From Zygnema circumcarinatum SAG 698-1b (taxonomy: Eukaryota > Plantae > Zygnematophyceae), in the NCBI GenBank assembly GCA_037447605.1, contig CM074805.1:3443361-3507360 (forward strand): a DNA stretch of 64,000 bases, read 5' to 3'. Positions 1 to 11,700 of the stretch are shown here, piece by piece (the stretch's first letter is position 1; every line of letters starts with the position of its first letter). The translations under genes and the position numbers were made by a program. The notes under the pieces are model-generated. The model did no database searches. It was not told the origin of the DNA and worked only from the letters and a program-made list of their open reading frames with translations.

Positions 1-884
1 ATGTCTCCATAGGTGGGTGTAAGATTTGCCTCGATTTTTTTTTGCAAGGCTTCGGTGGAAGACAGAGCAAAATAGTCACAGTTGGGCACGTGCTTTGGGT
101 CCAAATCGCAGAGCAGCTATGTGTAGGGAAGGTGGATGCTTTCTGTGGGATGGAGCCTTGGAAGGAGAGATAGAACTATATGATTGAGGAGAGCGGCACT
201 TAGAGAGTGGATAGAGAGCTTTGATGGCGAGAAGGCGGAGGTGGTACTGTACAAATACGTTCGGATCTGTGAGCAATAGAAATCTGAAATCAATCGCTTA
301 GGCATCCTTCTCCATCGTCATCGCCTTCCGTCGGCATCGCATGACAGCTCTGTGTGCGCAGTTGATGGGCTTGCCATCTTGTTAGAAAAACTGACCAAAT
401 GGCAGAGGGAAAACCACGCAAAACCCACAGTAAAAGGACCAAACGAGCGTGGTGAAATGGGACGGCCTGACGGCAATCTTTCCCAATACTTGGAACGCAT
501 CAAACAAACATTCCCGTTATTGTCCATTTGGCTCCCATCTTTTCGGAAAGACCAGACTCTCTGTGGAGGCAAGTAGCTTGGACTCGTGAGGATAGGCAGA
601 GTGAAGCACGTGCAGGAGCATGATGTTGATGTATTTCGACTTCAAAGAAAGCTGCGAATTTTCTATGGTACAATTTCTGAATTCACATGGTAACTGGACA
701 ACTGCTCGAAAGAGCACATTTTGAAAGCTGGAATACAGCTTCTATACAGCCTTACCCATTACCCTAATCAGCAAATACAGCAGTATGTTCTTCCACAGTT
801 CCTTCACATAGCAGTAATTAAACACGCTTCATTTCTATTTACTATACAACAATAGCTTGCCATCAACTGGTGGCTATGCCATTC

Positions 885-1880
885 CTATGGCGATGAAGTC
901 TTCCCCACCAAATATGATTTTACAACGGACGGATATCCGTTCTGCGCATCACAATGAATGCAGTGACCTGCTCCAGGAAAATAGTGCTTGTTGCCTTGGG
1001 GATAAGTTGAAAGAGCTGCATCGATCACTTCAGGCACGCCATCTCCATGCTCAGCAGTGAGGATCAACGTCGGAACTTGAATTCCTTCAACACTCTCATT
1101 ACTCAGGTCATCACCCCCTCGAGGACTATATCCTGGCCGGTTTTTAGAAGGATCTTCACCCTCCCTGCGGAGCCAGCCGGGGTCTTCCAGCACTAAAGCT
1201 GCCACTAATTCTGGATGCTCCTTCGCCACCCGAGGCGCGACAGTTGCGCCCATGGAGTGTGCTACAAGCGAAAACTTTTCACCGGGAGAACTGAGCAGAG
1301 GCAGCAAAGCCACCGCGTCCTTAACCATCTGAGCAGTGCCGAAAGGAGGAGCGCGAGTTGTCCTTCCAAAGCCGCGGGCCGACGGGCAGATGACTTCAAA
1401 CCTGTCTGTGAAACTTTCGAATATTTGAATCCCTTCTGCTCCAGAGGAACCTCCTCCGTGGAAGAACACCAGCTTTGGCAGAGGTTTACCCTCAGCAGTT
1501 TCAGAGGTTGGCACAGATTTGTAGTAATCAACGGTGATTCCATTGACTGAGACAGTGGACTCCACCCATGTGACCCCTGACTTGTCGATTGCCGCTGTCG
1601 CGTTCACTATCGTCATACCAGGCCCCCAAGACTCATAGCCATGGCCTCCAAACGAAAAGAAGAAAGAGCAGAAAAGCAGGAACCCTAACCCCAAAAGAAC
1701 GAAAAGGCCGTAGCGGCCATACTGAGATAGCCATGGCCGCCTTCTTGGTCCTCTGACAGCAAAGACTTCTCCCTCCTCGAAAAAATCCGTATCATCAAAC
1801 GGTGACTCGTCAGTCGGGGATGCGATGTTGAGAGGGACCAAAGCCGGAGAGCCGCGGAAGAAGGAGGAGAAGCCCGCCAT
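885..1880 (-). CDS. Intronless alpha/beta-hydrolase (Abhydrolase_1/6-like), 331 aa, with N-terminal transmembrane anchor
   Basis: Single open frame from ATG at 1880 (MAGFSSFF). Motifs LVFFHGGG, PSARGFG, nucleophile elbow AHSMG, LVLEDPGW, VPTLILT and catalytic His FPGAGHCIH. Hydrophobic helix YGLFVLLGLGFLLFCSFFFSF. The longer track start (2039) reads through promoter-like sequence. Confidence 0.88.
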   Translation of the reverse strand: MAGFSSFFRGSPALVPLNIASPTDESPFDDTDFFEEGEVFAVRGPRRRPWLSQYGRYGLFVLLGLGFLLFCSFFFSFGGHGYESWGPGMTIVNATAAIDKSGVTWVESTVSVNGITVDYYKSVPTSETAEGKPLPKLVFFHGGGSSGAEGIQIFESFTDRFEVICPSARGFGRTTRAPPFGTAQMVKDAVALLPLLSSPGEKFSLVAHSMGATVAPRVAKEHPELVAALVLEDPGWLRREGEDPSKNRPGYSPRGGDDLSNESVEGIQVPTLILTAEHGDGVPEVIDAALSTYPQGNKHYFPGAGHCIHCDAQNGYPSVVKSYLVGKTSSP

Positions 1881-2390
1881 GGCTTCCAAGCTCCCAAAAC
1901 CTATCCAGAATCCGAATTTAGGGTTGCCTTCCCGCGGAGAGAAGCCCGTCAAGGAAAGCGCCTGCTGGGGCACCCGCCAGAGGCGTCGATCCGATACTGA
2001 TATAGATATGACGATATATCGGAGATATGGAACTGGCACCGTTGGGGCTCACGGTAACTGTTGCGACTGCACGGAACAACGGGCGTAATTTTGTAATTTA
2101 GATTCATGTGATTTCGTGACGTGACACAAAATTACGCGACGGCGGTCCGCATGGAACGGCGACACTTTCTCTGCGGCGGGAGACGGAGGCGAGGGCGGGG
2201 GCCGGGGGGCAGGAGGGAGCAGGAGGGAGCAAGAGGGAGAGGGAGAGGGAGAAGGAGAGGGAGAGGGCGGGGGAGAGGGGGGGGGAGGGAGGAACAGAGG
2301 GGGAAGAGAAGAGGGAGGGAGAAGTGTGAGATCCCAGCAGGAGAGAGGGAGGAGAGGGCGGAGGGAGAGAGCGAAAAAGGAGAGCGCGCC
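1881..2390. promoter_or_regulatory. Compact bidirectional promoter between hydrolase 1 and TYW1, with purine (GA)-rich TYW1 leader
   Basis: Head-to-head start codons 510 bp apart; palindrome CGATATATCG at 2012-2021; GA-rich tract ~2200-2390. Confidence 0.55.
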
Positions 2391-5300
2391 ATGCGGGTGG
2401 CGGAGCAGGCGGCGCCTCTCGCCCTCGAGTGCGCAGCGGCGCTGCTCTTCTCCTATGCCGCCTGGACTTTTCTGCGTCCGCGCTGGGGGAGTAGAAAGGG
2501 CCTCGTGGCAGCACAAGGTTATGGCGGGAATAGTGGAGCATGCTGCATCCAGGGAGAAGGAGCAGGATGGACCTGCTGTGGCGGTGGTGCTGACCACGAG
2601 CTTGCAGACGAAGGAAAGGGAGGTGAAATTCGCAACGTTGGTGCAGCTGTAGCAAAGATTGTGACACTTCGAGAGACACAGGCTGTCGGGTTGGGTCGAA
2701 ATTCTCCTTCTGCGTGTGGTAGCTCATGCCAGCAGGCAGGGGAGCAAGGAAACTGCGGACCTGCTGGTTGTGGTGCTTTAAAAATCTCAATTTCGTCAAA
2801 CGAACCGGGGGAAATGTCCTGGAGAGTGCAGAACTGGAGAACCTCTGGTGTTAGCGCAAAGATTTTTTATGCCTCTGAAACAGGGACATCAAGAAGATTG
2901 GCTGAGAATCTTGGCGCAATGATGAGAATGGCTGGCCTCCAGGTTCAGGCAAGTTCGCAATTGATTTTTCTTACGGATGGGAATTCTAGGGTGAGGGCTT
3001 CACTAGGGAGTATGCTTAGAGAGAATTGAGGGGTTTGAATTTGAGAATTGAACCAGTCGATTTTCCTCAGTGAGTGATGGACGGAAGTTACAATTGGTGA
3101 GTTCGTTTAGTTTTTCTTGTGAGGCTTTTGATTTTTCAATTCATCAATCGTCCGAAATAATTATTAATAATTGAAATAATTGAACTGTGAACGACTTCAG
3201 GTGGTTGATCCAGCAAATTATGAGCCGGAAGATCTTCCAAAAGAACAGATGGTCATACTCGTCACGTCTACATGGCAAGATGGAAAGCCGCCAACTCACG
3301 CCGCCTTTTTCCATCGCTGGTTGGAAGAAAGTGCAACTGATTTTCGAGTTGGCTCAGGGCTCCTCAAAGGCTTACGTTATGGAGTTTTCGGAATTGGAAG
3401 CGGTGCTTATGGAGATTCTTACAATGTTGTCGCTCGCTCAACAGACCAACACTTTGCAGCTCTGGGCGCCAACCGAGTGGTTTCTTTGGGAGAGGGAAAT
3501 GTAGATGAACATGTAGTGGAGGAAGTTTTCCAGCAATGGGCCGAAGTCTTAGTGAATATCCTGTTAGAGGGTGAGCGTCACGGTACCGTTGACAATGGTG
3601 ACTCTGGAGTAGTGCTGGAAAATGGCCATGCAGAGAATGGTGGGAGTTTTGGAAGGCAAGGGGGTGGTCTAGGAGTGACGGAGGAAAACAAGGCAGCATT
3701 CAGTGGGAGGAGACTTTTAAATGGTGCTGAGACCGAGTCATCTACCTTTGATGGGACTTCAGGCTATGAATCTGACAGCGAGGATGAGGAGGAGACGCAA
3801 CTTTCTTCAGATTTGGTGGACGTGGAAGATGTTGCCGGCAAAGTGTTGATTGGCGAGAACTGGGACTTTACTGGAGATGATCATTACGATACAGGGAATG
3901 GGTATATGAATGGGCTGAGACAGAATGGGTCGGGAGGAAGTGCAGAAGGGCTGGTGGAAGCTGATGATAGAAAGGGCAGGAATGGGGTTAAGAAAAAGTG
4001 GTTTGTTCGAAAACCCAAAGCAAAGAGTGAGATCCCACAGGGCGGCCGTAATTCTTTAAACGGGAAGGGAAAGAGTGGGCTCGATGCAATGACAGGATTA
4101 AAGGGTGAGGGAGGTCCAAGGGAGATGGTGACTCCTGTTATACGTGCGAACCTTGAGAAGCAGGTGAATTGCAGTTAGTTTTGGCAGAAAGTATACTATG
4201 TTTGTATTCTGTTTCGTGTTGTACCCTTTTTGTCATTGGCTAGATTGTGATCGAAGGTGGGCCCTTCTGATCAATTCCCTTTTGCAAGCATGATGAACTT
4301 TCATTTCTCACCAAATGCCACTTTGTGGTAAATGCTAACCAAGCTGGCAGGTAGCTATGCAGCCTGTTTATGTAGACGGTTTCTCCTTGGATCTTTCAGT
4401 TTCAATGTTCTTATATTTCTTGTCGGAACGTGTGGGAGGGAGGGGGCCGCAGGGCTACAAGGTGCTCGGGACTCACAGTGGAGTGAAGCTGTGTCGGTGG
4501 ACAAAGTCACAGCTGAGAGGACGTGGAGGATGCTACAAGCACTCCTTCTATGGCATTGAGAGCCACCGGTGAGTGCGGATGAGGCAGCATATTATTAATT
4601 GCAGCTTTGCTCTAATCCTTGGGTTGACACTTAACTCTTCACATCTCGTTAATTTTCCTTTGTCGCAGCTGCATGGAGGCCACTCCAAGTCTTGCCTGTG
4701 CCAATAAGTGCGTTTTCTGCTGGAGACATCACACCAACCCTGTCGGAAAGTCATGGAGATGGCAGGTGGACCCTCCAGAAGCAATTGTGGACGCAGCTTT
4801 GGACCAGCACACTCGCATGATATGGCAGATGAAGGGAGTGCCAGGTGAGAAAAAGGCACGAAAGTGCAGAAATAAGAAGTTATGGTCCAATGGGGCAGAG
4901 GTACCTAATGAGGGGTCAGGCAAACGAGGGGAAAAGGGTCGGAAAACTGTCTACAGGACCGAGGATCAGGCAGTGTGTAAAATTATGTGCAGAAATTTCG
5001 TTATAGTTTGATGGACTGGGTCAAGTTTGCTGATCTATGACAATTTCGCCCACGGAGGGTGCCAGGTGTCAAGCCTGAGCGGTTGGAAGAGGGTATGTCT
5101 CCGAGACATTGTGCTCTTTCTTTGGTGGGAGAGCCCATAATGTACCCTCACATTAATGGGCTAGTAAATCTCCTTCACAATCGCCGAATTTCTACGTTTC
5201 TTGTCACCAACGCTCAGTTCCCAGAACGCATCGCTGAACTAAGTCCCATCACCCAGGTTAGTTCTGAATGAAGCCCTGAAACCGGCTTGCAGCGGCTCTT

Positions 5301-6725
5301 TTGGTTTGACAAAAAAATCTACTGCTTATTGATGAAGAATGGAATCACTCAAGCCTGCTCTTAGGTATGTGTATTATGTGGCTGAGAAAAGTTAAATTTT
5401 GTGATGCATTTATCTGCAGCTCTACGTAAGTGTGGATGCTGCGACCCGTGAAAGTCTGAAGGCGATCGATCGACCACTCTTCTCTGACTTTTGGGAGCGT
5501 TTTACTGTGAGATCTATACTCCTTTCGGTAGAGTTCGCATGTCATCGTGCGCATGTCAACGTCACAAAGACGAAATGTACCGACAGGATGTAGTCTGAAA
5601 TGTACACCTTCACAGGAGGCCGAGGGTCTCACAGATGCGTGAGGAAAGAAGGTCATTCTCTCTGTTTACGCTTTTTAGGTCATTGTTTTGTGGATTCCAC
5701 AGTACTAACATGCCCGTTTTGAGCACCAGAGTTGGCGTTAAAGTTCCCATATGATGAATTGCGTAAACCCATATGGTATAATCGCTTAAACCTGACTTTG
5801 TCGAGAGCCACCAGTGGTTTTTCTAGCCACTTATGCTCCTTTACTCTGTGGTCTCCTCAGGCCTCTCTGTCAGCTCTTCGGGATAAGCGACAGCGCACAG
5901 TGTACCGTCTCACGTTGGTGAAAGGATGGAATATGGAGGAAGTTAAGTCATACTGTGAATTGCTGCAGCTGGGAAGTCCTGATTTTATCGAAATCAAAGG
6001 AGTTACTTACTGTGGCAGGTGGGACTCTCGCTCCTGCCTTTGTGTACTGGCTGCAGGGCACCATTTCTGATCCACTCTCTCGTTGTTTCCAGTGATGCAT
6101 TGTGGAAAGCTTTAACTCTATCAGCTGTTTTCATTCTGCTGCTGCGCAGTTCTGCTGCGTCGTCACTGACCATGGAGAATGTTCCTTGGCACTCTGACGT
6201 GAAAGCTTTTGGAGAGGTAATTCAAGAGGCGACAGGTGGTGAGTATGAGCTGGCATGCGAACATGCCCACTCGTGCTGCATTCTTCTTGCCAAAGCGGCA
6301 AAGTTCAAACGCGACGGGCAGTGGCACACATGGATCGACTATGAGCGCTTCCAAGACCTTGTGAGACACCTGTCACTTGCTTGGATGGCGGAGGCTTTGT
6401 AGACGAGATGCACTTGCCTCAAGACAATATAACTTACCTCGGTGTAGAGTCTCTGGTCACTGTTTGTTTACCATAACCTGCCCTTTAGCAATGCCTGAAG
6501 GATAGCGGCTTTACTGTTTCGCATTGCTAAGTCCTGTCACCTGTGATCTTCTGCCCTAATGTGCAGGTGGCCGAAGGAAAGCCCTTCGGCAGCGAAGACT
6601 ATTTGGCAAGGACCCCGGAATGGGCAGTGTATGGCGCGGACGAGGCCGGCTTTGACCCTCAGGAGACGCGTGTGAGAAAGGAGCGGAGGCACGGAAGCCC
6701 AGCGGACTCGGGAGGATGCACCTAG
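2391..6725 (+). CDS. TYW1: tRNA wybutosine biosynthesis radical-SAM enzyme TYW1 (TM anchor, flavodoxin, radical SAM, wyosine-formation domains), 9 exons
   Basis: Exons 2391-2948, 3201-4163, 4453-4568, 4669-4844, 5066-5256, 5420-5506, 5861-6018, 6150-6360, 6567-6725 join in frame. Flavodoxin motifs KIFYASETGTS and VILVTSTW; GYKVLGTHSGVKLCRWTK; radical-SAM CANKCVFC; FIEIKGVTYCG; HSCCILLAK. Confidence 0.95.
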
Positions 6726-8781
6726 ACGCTCCTGCTTCACTCGGAGAGCCCTGCTGGAAGGCGGAGGAGGCAATCGCTGAACAAGATGGAGAACAGCTGT
6801 CAGTAAGAAATCTTCCGACGTCTTCATCGAGTATTGTATGGCCTAAAACAAGGCAATACGATACTTGAGGTGAGTCGCAAGGATAGAGCCATTTATTGTA
6901 AAAAAAAGTTTTGAGAGAAAAATTCAAGTCTTATTTGGAGAATATCTTGGTTTCATCCTAAGCAAAGTTCAATTCTCCCAGGTGATAAGGTCTTGCGGTT
7001 GTGAAGCATAAATTGCACCGCCGGGGTACTGCAAATGTAACTCTTCTTTCTATGGGTGTGGCACACGAAGCAGCGTTGAGTTGACACAACGACATTGGTT
7101 AGTCATAGATCAGTAGCCATCTTCCATAGAAATTCCATGTTTAGCTTTGATAATGTACCCGTTCAGTCACCAAAGCGGTTGTCATTAACTGCTTGCTTTG
7201 AGTACAGTCACCTACTTGTCTTTTGGAAAGTCGACTGACTCAAAAGAACTGAGCATCTGCTGCTGCAAGCAGACGCTTACGCCTCTTAGAGTAGAGCGGA
7301 AAAGAGAAGAGGGAGCTATCATCTTTCGTTCCTTGGGCGCTGCCTTAAATAGGCAGCAACCCTCTCTATTCACAAAGGGTCCAAGTTTTCTTGAAAGGTA
7401 TCGTTCAAAATTGACTTCATGATGGGACCCACTTATCATGCAAAACCGGACAAGAATCAACAAACAGTAGGAAAATGTGAACATGTGAAACGTTTGAATA
7501 AATAATTACCCCAGGCTCCCACGCCAGTTAGCTATGTCCCCATGCAAGAGATCTGGTACATACAAGGCCATCAACTCGTTCCGTTGTCGATATGGCCCAG
7601 CGATTTCATTTAACTGTACACAGGGAACGCCTAATGTCGTCTCACCTGCTCCTAAATGTTCCCGATAAACGGTCAGTTACTTTCGTGGATGGAGAGAATC
7701 GTGGCGGCTCGGCTTACATGCCTCCCACATCCCATGGTACTCGCACATCTGTAGCCGGTGCAGTTGGATATGCCTTCCAACGGTCATCTCACATTTATGG
7801 ACTCTACATCAATGAGGGAGTCCCTTGTCAGCATCGCAGCGCCCAGAAGCTCTCTCTACCGCTTATGTTCACAACAAGAACTAGGGCTACTGTGTCTCTA
7901 GACGCTAGACCCTCTCCCAAGTGTATCCACTTCTGTAGTAAATGTCAAAGGCAGTTCTTGCAGATAAGGAATAATCTGAAAATGATGCGACTTACGAAAG
8001 TGATGACCAATGCAAAGCCATTGCAATGAAGCTGCAAAGCTTCATTCATGAAGGCATGGCTTGACCCTAACAGGAGGACGACGACTACTGCATGACACTC
8101 GAAAGCAGCTTGCGGAGAAGGACAAAGTTGACTTCTGGTGATACAGATGACGACGGTCTTCGGAGTTTTCAGTATGAGTCCAGAAATGGAAGAAATGGCC
8201 ATTCTCACAAGCCAGACAATTCGCATTGATGAGAACATGGTTGCTCTTCCTATGTATGAGGCCAATGACACTGTCCAGCGTTCAGAAATTCACCTTCGGA
8301 ACTTGCTGCGATTGCAAGTCATTTCAGGGGACCTGCACTGGAAGCAGCGCTTGGAGTGGAGGAGCGGGAAATTTCCACACGCCCTGCGCCCATCATTTGA
8401 TCATGGAAGCGAGCAAGCCAATACGACTGCTGTTTCACTATGCTGCGTCCCATGTGTCGCTGCTCGTAAATACCATTTGGGTAATCCCCATATTCCTGGG
8501 GCTGATCCTGCCGTCTGTGTCAAAGGTCAAGGCCAACAGCAAATGCCCTGTGAGACCGCTCACCCATCAATAGTTCTTGAGTAATGCTGCATATGTTTGT
8601 TCAAAGAGCAGGCCAAGCAGGGTGTTGTGGGACCACCACGCCATGATTCTATAGGCTTTGATTGTTTATTTCAAGCTTCTGATTTGAAGTGAGGCCTTCA
8701 GGGAGGTAAGTAATGACTCTGATAGACGAGAAAACAAGATGGTGGCAAGCAACAGTGCAAACCTTCCAGAATCCTAAGGGC

Positions 8782-11700
8782 TTAAATCGAGCATGTGTGG
8801 GCGTTACGGCGATACCTCTGAAGAGGACTGAAGGTTTCAAGGTCCGATCTTCTGCGACCTTCTAACAGAGTTGCCATTCTGTCTCTCAATGACTCATCAT
8901 CCGTGTGACGACCTGCACCTCTCCAAGATACCCTCCCCTCCTCTCCAACAGACTTTCTTCCACTCCTAAAGCTTCCTTCCGCGGAATCCATTCGCATCTT
9001 CACGTGGAATTCATTCATCCACGAATATTCATCCCCCAAACTACGCACTCGAGCCCTCCTATCCATCCCCTTCTCCCCTTGTTTATGAAGGTCAGTCCGT
9101 CGCCACGTGTCGCCGTGCGAGAGAGCGAGGTTGGTTGCAGAAAGTGGGCTGCCTGGTTGTGACACTCCCGAACTTCGAGTATGCAGGGCAGATCGATCCC
9201 AGAAACGTGGGGGAGAAACTGGACGAGATTGATCAGTGTTCATTCTGGAAAGCTGGCGTGATTGGTCTGTATCCATTCTTCCATAGCCGCGAGACTGATC
9301 AGTATCCATTCTGAAGAGGGAATGTGAATGTCGCGACTTGTCTGTGTCCAATCGTTCCATGTTCCTGCTGTTAAAGTGTGCCTCAAATCGGTTTTCTTCA
9401 GAATGCGGTAACGCATAATGGAGGGTTTTTATGTGGAGCACGTCTTCACGGAGCTGTTTCGCATGCTGTTCTAGCATGCTCTTCACTTCCATGAGATAGC
9501 TCGCCTTCCTGCGTCGCTCTTCTTCATCAGATAGCTGGAAACACAGTCAATACCAAAAGAACATTCTTAGTTACATCTGCATGTCAAACCAAAAAGTGCA
9601 AAATAGTTTCTCGAAAAACCAATCGACATCAAGTCCAAGGACAAGATTCCAAAAAATCAATTGGGGCGTTATGTTGGCACCAACAGTATAACTGGTTTTC
9701 AGGTTGGGGTCGGATTTAGCCCCAACCATCTTTAGCCCACTCAACATGTACAAGCTTCATTTGGAATAGGAATTGAGTTGTCCTTGGATATCGCGGACTG
9801 ATATAGCCATCCTCGCCGAAAGGGGATGCTCGGACTTTCCATGAAAGCTTTAATAGAGCCGTTCCAGCACAAATAGTACACTGCATGAGAAATCGAATAA
9901 ACCAACCTCTCCAAGAATCTCTCCAGCTAATTGGGAGGCGGAGACCATAAGAAGTATATGCTGGATAGAAGACACCGCAGTGTGGGGGAGACTCAGAGAG
10001 CAGAAACTCACGTGATCAAGTGCCTGCATTCGTCCCCTCCAGTCTGCCCGTGCTTGCTCTATCATAGCCCTCCTCTCCTGCAAGTGCCGCTGCTGTTCCG
10101 CAACAAAAAGCTTTGCGCGTTCAGTGAGTGAAAGCCTGATCCGTCCCCCCAACCAGCCAACCGACAAAAGAGAAGGAACAAAAGAGGACCCTTCAGGGCT
10201 TGTGGGAGGGCAAAATGTGATGTGGTGGGAAGGCATTGGAGCAGGAGCCATGGTGCAGGTCGTGAAAGACTAGGGCTTGAATGAAATGATTACCCAAGAG
10301 ATGGTCCATTCTTGTTGAGGGAAGCTGCTCCCTTTTCTTCATTTTCACGTGCAAACGCCTTCCTATCATCATCCACCTGTATCCTCCCGCTTCACACAGA
10401 AGTGTCAAAGGAGTCGAAAAAATGACTACCACTTACAGCAACTGCTGACCTTCATATCTTATCAGGATCTGGCCATTCAGCCAGTTTCTAAGTTCCCTTT
10501 GAATCCTTTGTTACCTTCTGACTCACCGACGAGACCTCTGTTGCCGTATCTGTCCAAGCAGAATAGTAATCATCACTTTCATCTGCTGTTCGCCACCGAT
10601 GCCGGCTCCGTCTATGGCTGCCTCGGGTGCTCCAACCACCCTCACTTCCTTTATGTCTCTGCCCTTTGTCAGACTCCAAAGTCTTTCCTCTGCTGAAAGA
10701 AGATTCCCGGGTCGACTCGAAGTTGCTTGCTGATGCTTCTGGAGAGGGCTTATTTGTGTCTTCGCCCTCCGCCACCTCCCCTCCACCCATCCTCCATACA
10801 CTCACATCCTTCTCCTCGTCCCTCTTCTTGTTTCCCCCGTCAACCTCCCTATTTTCATCTACATGATGGGGGCTTGAAAGAGTCAAGACCCCCGCCGCTT
10901 GTGCTTCTTGCGAAGGGTCTTCTTCGCCATCTCTCTCAGTTATTGGTTCAAGCAGCTTTCCACTCCCATGGCTCTTGAAACTATCTTGCCTTGAAGAGCT
11001 GTGCGTATCCCCTTTCACTTCATCGTGAGTGTTGGCAGATACTCTCGAAGCTGCCTCTTTCCGACCACTTGGACTGGGCTCTTCCGAACTCGGAGATCGC
11101 AAGTTTTTGAGAGTTTGCGGACTATCCGATGGGCTGCTGACAGGACTTTTCGCCATAGAGACCTTTTCAGTATTCGTTTTGCCTCTGTTGTATCTACCCT
11201 CTCCCAAAAACCTATGGTTTAAATCACCCCTTTCACTCTCTAGTCTTTCCAGAGAAGGCAGAAGCTCAGTTTGCATTCTTGTACTACCAGGTAAGTGTTC
11301 CAGATCGTCAATTGACCGGCCATGGCTGACTCCCTTGATCTCCCTCTCATTCACCCCTACCCATCTCCCTTCACCACTTCGATGGGCAACTGTACCATTG
11401 CGAATTCCTGCATCTCTCACTGCTGTAGGCTTCCTGTCCCCCCATAGCTCATGGTTAGTCCGAGAGCGATCGGTTCCGCCATACTGTAGCAATTCCATAT
11501 CCCCTTCGTCCATATCCATTGCTGCTTGCCAGTCCCTCGTCATCTGCATTTCTTCCCTCTCCAGTTCTTCAGCCAACTTTGTCAACCGACCTGCTCTCTC
11601 CTCCTCCAGCTGCTTGTTTAGATCAGCCTCCATTTCTCTGCGTATTCGCTCCAACCTCTCCTTGGTCTCTGCCTTCATCCTCTCAACTTTTTGCTCCATC

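Noticed and set aside
1881-2390. N-terminal extensions in the ORF track (starts 2039 and 2121; likewise 24114 and 44437)
   Set aside because: They run through low-complexity leader or promoter sequence; downstream ATGs in good context give sensible proteins.
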